The notes beneath the pieces are model-generated. The model had not been told where the DNA came from. It did not search any database and saw only the letters and a program-made list of their open reading frames with translations. Below are positions 50,790-59,894 of a DNA stretch of 64,000 nt, one piece after another. The position numbers and the translations under genes are program-made. Position 1 is the first letter of the stretch; every line of letters starts with the position of its first letter. Source of the DNA: a virus (taxonomy: Duplodnaviria > Heunggongvirae > Uroviricota > Caudoviricetes); the IMG/VR virus record IMGVR_UViG_3300028833_006001, positions 1 through 64,000 of that record; one strand, written 5' to 3'.

Positions 50790-51248
50790 TTAATATACTC
50801 CTTTAAAATAATATATATTTAATTTACCAGGTTTTTTAACTAATAAATTATTTGATGGATATTTTTGTCCTAAGGAACTTTCATCGGAATATATTTCTAT
50901 ACCATTTTTATTATATAATTCTTTAAATCTTTTTTTATCTTGTTTATATAATCTAATAGCATCTTCATCTTCAATAACACTTAATGATACTCCATCTGGT
51001 AAATTAGCATGTTCTGCACAAAATGTCATAATATCTTTTTTAATTTTAAATGTTTTAATCCATGTTTCTAATACATCAGCAATATCATAATTATCTTTAA
51101 AATTCAATATATATAACATTAAATCAACAAATTTATTTTCATGTAATTTAAATTTAGTAGTAAATTGTTCTGGATCTTTTACTTTTGTTTCTTTATTAAG
51201 ATGAAGTTTTTCTAATATATATTGACTTAAATTATTCATATTATTCAA
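50790..51248 (-). CDS. leader-family protein (MNNLSQYILEKLHLNKETK)
   Basis: Conserved leader. The start may be the fourth Met. Confidence 0.6.
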   Translation of the reverse strand: MNNMNNLSQYILEKLHLNKETKVKDPEQFTTKFKLHENKFVDLMLYILNFKDNYDIADVLETWIKTFKIKKDIMTFCAEHANLPDGVSLSVIEDEDAIRLYKQDKKRFKELYNKNGIEIYSDESSLGQKYPSNNLLVKKPGKLNIYYFKGVY

Positions 51249-51831
51249 ATATTTCTTTAATTATATTTATTAATTTATTCCATGCTTGAGTAGTAAATCT
51301 AGATTTATTAATTGCTTCATTAAAATCATCTTTATAATATTTAAATTCTTTAATACCATTTAAAACTTTTGTTAAAACATCATCAGTTAATTCATATATA
51401 GGATGATTACCATATAAACCACCACTTTTATATTTTTCTGATTTATATTCTAATTCATACTTATAATATGAAGCTACACTAAATGATTTTTTACCATTAC
51501 TATAAAATAATCTAATATATATTAAAACTTTATCAGATGGTAAATTACCCATATTATTTTTAGCTGGTTTAGTAATATCAAATTTTAAATCAATATGAGA
51601 AGTATTATTTGGATTTTTAAAATAAAGATAATAATTACAATATTTATATCCATTATCATTAATTGAAGAAGAAGTTTCTTTTTCAAAATTATCACTATTA
51701 TCTTTATATCCTATATCTGAAAATGCTTTATCTAATTCTTTTATTATATAATCAAAATCATTTATATTTTCTATTTCTGTATCTTTATTAAGATGAAGTT
51801 TTTCTATTATATATTGTTTAAGACTTTCCAT
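51241..51831 (-). CDS. leader-family protein (MESLKQYIIEKLHLNKDTE)
   Basis: Conserved leader. Confidence 0.6.
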   Translation of the reverse strand: MESLKQYIIEKLHLNKDTEIENINDFDYIIKELDKAFSDIGYKDNSDNFEKETSSSINDNGYKYCNYYLYFKNPNNTSHIDLKFDITKPAKNNMGNLPSDKVLIYIRLFYSNGKKSFSVASYYKYELEYKSEKYKSGGLYGNHPIYELTDDVLTKVLNGIKEFKYYKDDFNEAINKSRFTTQAWNKLINIIKEIFE

Positions 51832-52297
51832 TTTTTAACCAATCCAATAGTTTTTTAAGCCATTCTTCAAGAGTAATATTATCTCTTTTTAATCCTATTT
51901 GTTTTTCAATTCTAAACTTACCATAAGGACATTCCCATTCTAACACAGGTTTTTGTAATATTTCTTCAATTAAATTAATTGCATCTTCCTTTAATATTAC
52001 ATATCCCCAACTAATATTTTTTTTAATATTATCTTCCCATTCAGATGAAGCAAAGATATATTTATATTTATCATTTAATGTATGATTTAATACAGTAAAT
52101 TCTTCTGAATGATTATGTAATTTAATTATATTTTTATCATAATCAGAAATTTCATAATAATAAAAAGATATATAATTAGGATTATTAGAAAGAGCACTAT
52201 GTGAAATTAGCAATACTGGTTCTTCTTCTAATAAATTAACTTTAGTATCTTTATTAAGATGAAGTTTCTCTATTATATAATTATTTATTTGCTTCAT
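51818..52297 (-). CDS. leader-family protein (MKQINNYIIEKLHLNKDTK)
   Basis: Conserved leader. Confidence 0.6.
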   Translation of the reverse strand: MKQINNYIIEKLHLNKDTKVNLLEEEPVLLISHSALSNNPNYISFYYYEISDYDKNIIKLHNHSEEFTVLNHTLNDKYKYIFASSEWEDNIKKNISWGYVILKEDAINLIEEILQKPVLEWECPYGKFRIEKQIGLKRDNITLEEWLKKLLDWLKNGKS

Positions 52298-52713
52298 ATG
52301 ATTTTATTTTGAAGTATTAATTTATACTCTCTTTCAACATTTTCTTTAGAATCAGATGAATGCATTGCATTTCTCATTTCATCTATTCCCCATTCTTTAC
52401 GGACTTTATTCTTAATAGTTTTTAAATCTTTAATTGGATCTTTACAATCCTTTCTTAACATATATGATATAGAATCTCCAGAAGCCATATAAGTACATAA
52501 TTCATTATAAAATGGTTTATCTTTTAAACCAATATAAAGTTCTTTTGCTTCATCAATTGATAAAGTTCTTTTAACTTTTTGGACAATTTGCCAATTTTTA
52601 TTTTTTAATAGATTATCAAAATCATATTCATGATCTAAAAAATCTGGTTTAAGAATTGCAAAACCATTTACTTCTGATAAAGATTCTTTTATATATTGAA
52701 CTATTGTTTTCAT
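52294..52713 (-). CDS. nucleoside-diphosphate-kinase-like protein with short-form leader ([12 protein letters not shown])
   Basis: FAILKPDFL matches the NDK [34 protein letters not shown] matches [32 protein letters not shown] matches NIIHGSDS and retains the catalytic His. Confidence 0.55.
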   Translation of the reverse strand: [139 protein letters not shown]

Positions 52714-52721
52714 ATTATTTA

Positions 52722-53255
52722 TTATAACTCAATTGGAGTAATATATTTATTTTCTTCATCTGTTTTTAATAAATTAAGATTTTCTGGTTCTTCTTCTCCT
52801 CTAACAATATAATCATAACATATATTATATCCATCATTAGTCAATGCATATATATAATATATTCCTCTTGATCCAGAATTAAGAGCATGTATTTCAAGAT
52901 GTCCACCTTTAATTAATACATTATATCCTAAATCTTTACCAGTAATAATTTTATCAGTAATTTTATCTAAATCATCACTAAAATTATAAATAACATCATC
53001 AGTAATATCTTTTTTAATAGAACCTAATGAATCAAATTGAAATGCAATAAATCCTGTATAGTTTTTATTTATTGTATCAAGTTCAGATTTACAATCATCC
53101 CAAAATATATCTCTATCTCCTTCTTCTTCAACATCTGCATCGTCATCATAAAGATATACTTCATCATTAGGAGATATATTATCAATATTAAATTGATGAT
53201 GTATATCTTTATTAAGATGAAGTTTTTCTATTATATATTGACTTAAATTATTCAT
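52722..53255 (-). CDS. leader-family protein (MNNLSQYIIEKLHLNKDIHH)
   Basis: The start is taken at the internal Met that restores the leader (the ORF track extends to 53321). It overlaps the upstream gene stop by 8 nt. Confidence 0.55.
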   Translation of the reverse strand: MNNLSQYIIEKLHLNKDIHHQFNIDNISPNDEVYLYDDDADVEEEGDRDIFWDDCKSELDTINKNYTGFIAFQFDSLGSIKKDITDDVIYNFSDDLDKITDKIITGKDLGYNVLIKGGHLEIHALNSGSRGIYYIYALTNDGYNICYDYIVRGEEEPENLNLLKTDEENKYITPIEL

Positions 53256-53991
53256 GATACCATTTTGGTGGATTTTTTTGTAAAGGACATTTATTAAACA
53301 TAAATTCCATATTTTTAACATTACTTACATCCCATTTAGATATATCTACATTAAATGGAGAATATATAAACATTTCACCCATATTTTTAACATTACTTAC
53401 ATCCCATTTAGATATATCTCTATTAAATTTAGAACTAGAAAACATTCTATTCATATTAGTAACATTACTTACATCCCATTTAGATATATCTCCATTGAAT
53501 TCTGATTTTCTAAACATATCATTCATATCAGTAACATTACTTACATTCCATTTACTTATATCTTCATTAAATTTAGAATCAGCAAACATATAAATCATAT
53601 TAGTAACATTACTTACATTCCATTTACTTATATCTCCATTAAATTTAGAAGTATAAAACATCATAGACATATCAGTAACATTACTTACATTCCATGATGA
53701 TATATCTCCATTGAATTTTGAATCTCTAAACATACTTTCCATATTAGTAACATTACTTACATCCCATTCACCTATATTTCCATTAAATTTAGATTTATAG
53801 AACATATAAGACATATCTTTAACATTACTTACATCAATATCATTTAAATCAGCATTATTTCCTCTTTTTTCAATAAGTTTTTCTATTAAAGATTTAAGCT
53901 CATCCTTATCTTTAGGATGATAATTATATAATGTTTTTATATTCTTATTTAAATGAAGTTTTTCTATTATATATGTTTTAAATTCTTTCAT
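53248..53991 (-). CDS. leader-family DUF285/BspA-type LRR protein
   Basis: MKEFKTYIIEKLHLNKNIK, then HPKDKDELKSLIEKLIEKRGNNADLNDIDVSNVKDM and about 7 WNVSNVT(D/N)M repeats. Paralogue of 28931..29977. Confidence 0.7.
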   Translation of the reverse strand: MKEFKTYIIEKLHLNKNIKTLYNYHPKDKDELKSLIEKLIEKRGNNADLNDIDVSNVKDMSYMFYKSKFNGNIGEWDVSNVTNMESMFRDSKFNGDISSWNVSNVTDMSMMFYTSKFNGDISKWNVSNVTNMIYMFADSKFNEDISKWNVSNVTDMNDMFRKSEFNGDISKWDVSNVTNMNRMFSSSKFNRDISKWDVSNVKNMGEMFIYSPFNVDISKWDVSNVKNMEFMFNKCPLQKNPPKWYHE

Positions 53992-53993
53992 TT

Positions 53994-54191
53994 TTAATCA
54001 AAATATTCGTCTTCTTTCATCCAATTATAAAGATTCTTAAGTTGAGTATCACTAAAATAATTCCAAATAAGCTGAAGAATATCTTCTTGATCCATATCTT
54101 TCCAAACAGAAAGAATTTTATCATATGCTTTATTTCCTTCAGATCCAACCCATCCTTCATTAACTGTTAAAATATCTTTTAAGTTTTTCAT
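53994..54191 (-). CDS. small hypothetical protein (65 aa)
   Basis: ORF only. Confidence 0.3.
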   Translation of the reverse strand: MKNLKDILTVNEGWVGSEGNKAYDKILSVWKDMDQEDILQLIWNYFSDTQLKNLYNWMKEDEYFD

Positions 54192-54198
54192 ATTATAT

Positions 54199-54474
54199 TT
54201 AATCTTTATATTTATCTAATTCATTAGAAAATTTATTTAAAACATTTATGAAATCTTTTATTTCTTTATCATTTCTAGTTTTACGTAATTCATCAGTAAT
54301 TCCAAAAATTAATTCATGTAGTACTTCTGGTAAAAGTTCTAATCTATGTTTTACTAATAAATTACCAATATGTTCAAAATCATCTAAAGATTGTGATTTT
54401 TCAATATATTCTTTTAAGGCTGCATCTCTTTCATATTGTTTAAATTCAACAATATAATTTTTTATATCTTTCAT
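54199..54474 (-). CDS. small protein with short-form leader (MKDIKNYIVE)
   Basis: Leader pattern. Confidence 0.45.
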   Translation of the reverse strand: MKDIKNYIVEFKQYERDAALKEYIEKSQSLDDFEHIGNLLVKHRLELLPEVLHELIFGITDELRKTRNDKEIKDFINVLNKFSNELDKYKD

Positions 54475-54476
54475 AA

Positions 54477-54749
54477 TTATTTATTAAATTTATTTAATGC
54501 TTCATAAAAATCAGACCACCAATCTTTGAATGATATAGCATTTTCATTTGTTATATATTTAGAAAATACTTCTTCAGCATATTTCTTTAATTCAGATTCT
54601 GATTTTAATTCTTCACTTTTAGCAGTTACATCAGCTTGAAGAGATGTAAATTGTTTTTGAAGTTTTATAAAATCAAATAAACCTTCATTAAGATATTCTT
54701 TTAAGTTTTTCATAATATATATTATTAAATTTTTATCTTCCTTGACCAC
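54477..54749 (-). CDS. small protein; probable start at internal MKNLKEYLNE (short-form leader)
   Basis: Internal Met at residue 13 gives the leader-like MKNLKEYLNEGL. Confidence 0.4.
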   Translation of the reverse strand: MVKEDKNLIIYIMKNLKEYLNEGLFDFIKLQKQFTSLQADVTAKSEELKSESELKKYAEEVFSKYITNENAISFKDWWSDFYEALNKFNK

Positions 54750-54882
54750 GATATGGTTTTACATAATGTTTTGAATTCTTATTTTTTGAACTCTTACATT
54801 TTGAATGAACACCAGGACGGCGTTTCTTACTTATCTCATGTCCTTTAGACACACTTTGTACTTGTACTTGTACTCTTGCCAT
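54733..54882 (-). CDS. very basic 49-aa protein (MARVQVQVQSVSKGHEISKKRRPGVHSKCKSSKNKNSKHYVKPYRGQGR); below the ORF-track cutoff
   Basis: Hand-translated minus-strand ORF between 54749 and 54920. K/R-rich. Confidence 0.3.
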   Translation of the reverse strand: MARVQVQVQSVSKGHEISKKRRPGVHSKCKSSKNKNSKHYVKPYRGQGR

Positions 54883-54919
54883 TTCTATATATCCGTATTT
54901 TTATAAATAAAAATAAAAA

Positions 54920-57900
54920 TTATTTTGTGTCAATTCTAAATTTAGCTTTCTTTGTATGGACATGAGTTATATAATCATCTACAGAATATTGTATACTTAC
55001 TGAATAATATCCAGGTTCATATTTATTAAATTTATTAGATATTGATAATATACATAATTCAGTATTAGATGTAATTGTATCAACATTATCTGATTTAAGT
55101 GATAATGGAGTTATTATCCATTTACTACCATTAGATAATTTAAATGAAAGTTTATCATTGTTTTTAAGGCTTGCTACAATAATATCATTATCTTTAAAAT
55201 GATTTATACCATTTGATGGATTATATATAAATCTATTAATTAAAAGTTTTCTATCACTTCTTTGATAACTTAATTTATATTCTCCAATAGTTATTTCTTT
55301 TGATTTATTACCAAATTTGAATGTTTTATCTTTTTTAGTTATATAATCAATTGGATCTTTAGATATAAGAATACCATACCAATATTTATAATCATGCATT
55401 ATATATAAATCATATTTATGATTATTTATTGTTATCAATGATTCATCAAATTTATAACTACCATCTTCATTAAAGAAATTTGAATATAATTCTACATTAT
55501 TATTTAAATCAATACACATAGGAATATCATCCCAAGAAATACATTCTATTTCATTTCCATTAGGAAGATATTCTATTTGATTACCATAATTATCAGTAAG
55601 TTTTAATAAATGACATGCATTTAAATATTCTTTATTTAAAAACTTAATAGTTTCTGTATAATTAGAATTTATATAATTATTTATATTTCCTGATAAGTTT
55701 ACTAATTCTTCACAGAAGTCCATATTATTTACATTTACTAAATTAGGAAGATACATAAATGAATTAAAATTAATTGTATTTCCTTCAATAGAACTTATCT
55801 GTCTAAAGTTTTTATCATATTTATATGAAAGAGTACCTAATTCAATATTAAAATCAGGCATCTTTACTAAGAAAGAATAACTATATAAAGTACCATTAAC
55901 AATTAAATCAATTCTAAATTTATTGTTTAACCAATAAATAGAATCAAATTTATCATTATTATATTCATTAATTTTCTTTGGATATAATATTAAACTTTGA
56001 TATTTTCTATCATCAGTCTGTATAAATTTAAATGATGATTTATATAATTGTATTAAATTATTTTCAAGATCTTCATTGTCTTTATCTAAATATCTGCTGA
56101 AAATAAGATTTACATCATAGTATATATTTTGATTAAATGTTATAGGTATTCTTATACATGTATCATTTATTTCATAATATATATTCTCATCATTAGTTAC
56201 ATATTCAGTAGTATAATGAGAAAATTCATTAAAGTTAGTATCTATAAATAATCTATTTGAATCAGAATAATCTTCATCAACATTTTTCTTATAATATCTA
56301 TTAAAATATATTATATTATAATTATTTTCATTGAATATTACATCTTCTGTAAATATATTATTTTCATCAGTAAAATTATTTGAAATATAAATAGGTGTAG
56401 CAGTAATACCATGAGATACTTTATTAATCAATTTTATATTATTACTAAATACTTGATGAGATAAATATGCATTATGTATTTTTACATGAAGAGGTAAAAA
56501 GTATTTTTCATAATAATATTTAAGGGCTGCAAGTTTAAGTCCTAAATCATTAAATGTAAAATTAAAATATCCTTTATAGAATATATCTTCTTCTTCATCA
56601 TATCTATTTTCATTTAATTCATAGAATTTATTTATTACTTTAGGATTACCTTCTCCCCAGAAGAATTCATTTAAATTTTGTTTTTCATTATCTAATGTTT
56701 CTGTTAATTTAAAATCTAATGAAAGAAGAGAAGTTTCATTAAATAATTGATATGAATATAATTTATCATTTAAAATATCAAAGAAATCCTTAACATATTG
56801 TCTTTGTATTCTATTATCATTTTTAAATAATTTAGAAATAGTAAGTTTATCTCCCCATTCAAACCATTTAAGACTGTTTATTATACTTCTATAGTTACCT
56901 AATTCTCCTTTAATTTTCATAAAGTTAATTAAGTATTCTTTTAATTTCTGATAATATATTTGTTCATCAGCTATATCAATATTATAATTTGATGAATATA
57001 TTGCTTGAATTATTTCTTTTGGAAGAGAAACTCCCATATTTTGACCATTTATAATAAGTTCTTCTTGTTCATCAATTACTTCAGCTTTTACAGTTATTGG
57101 TGTCCAAAAATCATCAACATTAATTAATATATTATTACTCCATATACCTGGTTCATTTGATTTAATAACAACATAAAATGTTGATATAAGATAATTATTA
57201 GATACTATAATATCATAATCATTTTCATCAGATTGTATATCTTGGATTTTCTTAAATAATTCTATATATTTTTCAATAGAGGCAATATTTATTTTACAAA
57301 ATATTTTATCAGAATCTGTATCTTGTGAATAATTTTGATTGTTTCCTAAATTATCAACATAAAGACTTCCATCTGGTAATATATCATAAATTTCACCAGT
57401 ATATTCTTGTTTAGTAAGAGGATTTATATAAGTTACTTGTTGTTTATAATAATTATTTGATTCTTGACTAATACATCCTTTAAATCCTATTTCTGAGTCA
57501 TTATAATATTCTATATTATTATGTTCATTTACTCTTGTTTTTATATTAATATCTTCAACATAATTTAATTCTTGACAACTTAAAATATCTTTTTCATTTA
57601 ATGATATTTTATCAGTTATTAAGTTATTTGTCAATATTTTATTTTCAATAATATCAGAATCTATTAAATAAAACTTATTTGAATTTTCAATTTTTATATT
57701 AATATTAAATCTTTCTTTAGGTAAGTTTGTTTGAGAATTTGTATTTATTCTATTAATGAATCTTATAGGTAAGAAATAATAATTGTCAACAGATAATTTT
57801 GAACTATTATCTGATTTAAATGTAAATATATATGGTGTTTCTTCATATTCATAACCAATTGGTTTATCATTATATGAAGGTAATGAAAATATATGTCCAG

Positions 57901-57928
57901 TTCTATCTATAAAATCCATAATTAACAA
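54920..57928 (-). CDS. large Asn/Tyr/Ile-rich hypothetical protein (1002 aa)
   Basis: 3-kb ORF. No motif recognised. Possible structural or internal virion protein. Confidence 0.4.
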   Translation of the reverse strand: MLIMDFIDRTGHIFSLPSYNDKPIGYEYEETPYIFTFKSDNSSKLSVDNYYFLPIRFINRINTNSQTNLPKERFNINIKIENSNKFYLIDSDIIENKILTNNLITDKISLNEKDILSCQELNYVEDINIKTRVNEHNNIEYYNDSEIGFKGCISQESNNYYKQQVTYINPLTKQEYTGEIYDILPDGSLYVDNLGNNQNYSQDTDSDKIFCKINIASIEKYIELFKKIQDIQSDENDYDIIVSNNYLISTFYVVIKSNEPGIWSNNILINVDDFWTPITVKAEVIDEQEELIINGQNMGVSLPKEIIQAIYSSNYNIDIADEQIYYQKLKEYLINFMKIKGELGNYRSIINSLKWFEWGDKLTISKLFKNDNRIQRQYVKDFFDILNDKLYSYQLFNETSLLSLDFKLTETLDNEKQNLNEFFWGEGNPKVINKFYELNENRYDEEEDIFYKGYFNFTFNDLGLKLAALKYYYEKYFLPLHVKIHNAYLSHQVFSNNIKLINKVSHGITATPIYISNNFTDENNIFTEDVIFNENNYNIIYFNRYYKKNVDEDYSDSNRLFIDTNFNEFSHYTTEYVTNDENIYYEINDTCIRIPITFNQNIYYDVNLIFSRYLDKDNEDLENNLIQLYKSSFKFIQTDDRKYQSLILYPKKINEYNNDKFDSIYWLNNKFRIDLIVNGTLYSYSFLVKMPDFNIELGTLSYKYDKNFRQISSIEGNTINFNSFMYLPNLVNVNNMDFCEELVNLSGNINNYINSNYTETIKFLNKEYLNACHLLKLTDNYGNQIEYLPNGNEIECISWDDIPMCIDLNNNVELYSNFFNEDGSYKFDESLITINNHKYDLYIMHDYKYWYGILISKDPIDYITKKDKTFKFGNKSKEITIGEYKLSYQRSDRKLLINRFIYNPSNGINHFKDNDIIVASLKNNDKLSFKLSNGSKWIITPLSLKSDNVDTITSNTELCILSISNKFNKYEPGYYSVSIQYSVDDYITHVHTKKAKFRIDTK

Positions 57929-57948
57929 AATTATTTATATATAAAAAT

Positions 57949-57976
57949 AAAAGACCACTTTGAATAAAAGTGGTCT
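57949..57976 (-). terminator. rho-independent terminator
   Basis: AAGACCACTT-TGAATAA-AAGTGGTCT followed by a U-run on the minus strand. Confidence 0.6.
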
Positions 57977-57985
57977 CTTTAATAT

Positions 57986-58432
57986 TTATTTTATTTTTTC
58001 TATCCTAACTGATCTTGAAGGAGTAATTAATCCATTATCATTATTTCTTTTTTCTATATCACAAAAGAACAATTTATTATCTTTTGTTCTAAAAACTAGA
58101 TAATTATCTTTACTACTACTATCATTAAGAATTTTTTCTAATGAATCATAAAATATTTTTTGAAATGTATCACCAGATTCATATTTCATATTAGTAGAAT
58201 CATAATCAATATTAAAATATTTACTCTTAAAATCTCTAATAACATAATATATTTTACCACTTAAATCAGAAGTATCATCTAACCAATTTTCAATACACTC
58301 AATCATTTGTTTATTTAAATTATCTATATTTAGACCAAGAGTATTAATTATCTTTTCTGCTTGTTGTGATATTTTTGAAACATCTTTATTTAAGTGAAGC
58401 TTTTCTAAAAGTATAGTTTTTAATTCTTTCAT
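57986..58432 (-). CDS. leader-family protein (MKELKTILLEKLHLNKDVSK)
   Basis: Conserved leader variant. Confidence 0.55.
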   Translation of the reverse strand: MKELKTILLEKLHLNKDVSKISQQAEKIINTLGLNIDNLNKQMIECIENWLDDTSDLSGKIYYVIRDFKSKYFNIDYDSTNMKYESGDTFQKIFYDSLEKILNDSSSKDNYLVFRTKDNKLFFCDIEKRNNDNGLITPSRSVRIEKIK

Positions 58433-58448
58433 TTTAATATATATAATT

Positions 58449-58682
58449 TTAATACCAACTAATCCATTTAAATCTTTTTATTTTATCTATGTTTTTAAAT
58501 AACATAATTAATCTAAGATCTATTAATTGAAGAAATGTTACAAGAATAACATTTCCTTTAAATAATATTTTAGGTAATGTCTTATTTAAAATTCCTTCTG
58601 ATGCATAATCATATTTAGGAAATTTTTCTAAAACATTAAAATTATCATAATTATTTGTTGAAATATTATTCTTTTTATCCAT
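58449..58682 (-). CDS. small hypothetical protein (77 aa)
   Basis: ORF only. Confidence 0.3.
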   Translation of the reverse strand: MDKKNNISTNNYDNFNVLEKFPKYDYASEGILNKTLPKILFKGNVILVTFLQLIDLRLIMLFKNIDKIKRFKWISWY

Positions 58683-59701
58683 TAAGCAACTTCTTTAAAT
58701 TTTTCTAATTTACTATCAATATCTTTAAATATTAAATCAAGTTTTTCTTTAGTTTTTAAATAATCTTCTCTTTGGAAACCAAATGAAGAACCTTTTGCAT
58801 TAGCTAATTTTAATTTAATATATTCTTTATAAACAAGTAATAAACCATCTTTACCACTATAATAACCTTTACCAGGTTTTACACTTGGATTATATCTTCT
58901 TTGATCTTGTAATAAATCAATTAAATATCCTACTTCATATTCATATTTAGCATATTTCATAGGATCTTTACTCATTTTAGTGGTAATTTCCATAATTTTA
59001 TTTATATACTCAGATACTTTTTCAGCCATACCATCATCAGCATCTTTCTGAGCTTTTACTTTAGCAACATATTGTTTATATCTTTCTTTATTGATTTCTA
59101 ATATTCTTTTATACTCCCATTCTCTTGTTTCTTCATCATTAAAAATATTAAAAGCACCAGATTTATTTATATCTCTTTGTTTTATTTTTTTATCTTCAAC
59201 AAATTTAGTTAGATCAATAAGATAATATTCATTAGTTAAATAATCAAGTGCTTCACCTGGTTTAATATATTTACCACCAGCAATTGTATAATTTGAATTA
59301 AAACTGAAATAACATGGTCCAGACATTAAAGCACCAAGATATTTTATATCAGCATTTTTATCATCATTTAATAAAATAACTAATCCTTTAAAATGATTTG
59401 ATCTATTAGAACATATTGCTCTTACAAGTTTTAATCCTTCTTCATCATCTTTTTTATATTTTGTAAAATCATCATCAGTTATTTTATCCCAACCAATACC
59501 AGATCTTTTACCAAATACAGCTCTAAATGTACTAGTAACATCAGCACTACTATATTTTTCTAATCCTCTTTTTTCATGATTTTTTGTTATTCTATCATTA
59601 AATTGTTTACTTATTTCACGAAGAATTGAAGAACTAAAACTTTCATTAATCATTAGTTCTGCATATAAATTATCATTAATATATTCTAATATTGTTTTCA
59701 T
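58682..59701 (-). CDS. hypothetical protein (339 aa) with short-form leader (MKTILEYINDNL)
   Basis: Leader pattern. Confidence 0.45.
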   Translation of the reverse strand: MKTILEYINDNLYAELMINESFSSSILREISKQFNDRITKNHEKRGLEKYSSADVTSTFRAVFGKRSGIGWDKITDDDFTKYKKDDEEGLKLVRAICSNRSNHFKGLVILLNDDKNADIKYLGALMSGPCYFSFNSNYTIAGGKYIKPGEALDYLTNEYYLIDLTKFVEDKKIKQRDINKSGAFNIFNDEETREWEYKRILEINKERYKQYVAKVKAQKDADDGMAEKVSEYINKIMEITTKMSKDPMKYAKYEYEVGYLIDLLQDQRRYNPSVKPGKGYYSGKDGLLLVYKEYIKLKLANAKGSSFGFQREDYLKTKEKLDLIFKDIDSKLEKFKEVA

Positions 59702-59892
59702 TAACCAAATTTTAATAATCTTTTTATATCACTTTGTCTTATTGATTCATACATTTGTTGTTCATTATAAGTCTCTCCATTTGGAGCCTTTGCTTCTCTA
59801 TTCCATTGAACAGTATTTTGTTCCCAATAATTTTTAGTTGGGTTATTCAATGATTTAGTTATATTATTTAATTTTTCAAAAATATTAATCAT
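59701..59892 (-). CDS. small hypothetical protein (63 aa)
   Basis: ORF only. Confidence 0.3.
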   Translation of the reverse strand: MINIFEKLNNITKSLNNPTKNYWEQNTVQWNREAKAPNGETYNEQQMYESIRQSDIKRLLKFG

Positions 59893-59894
59893 AA

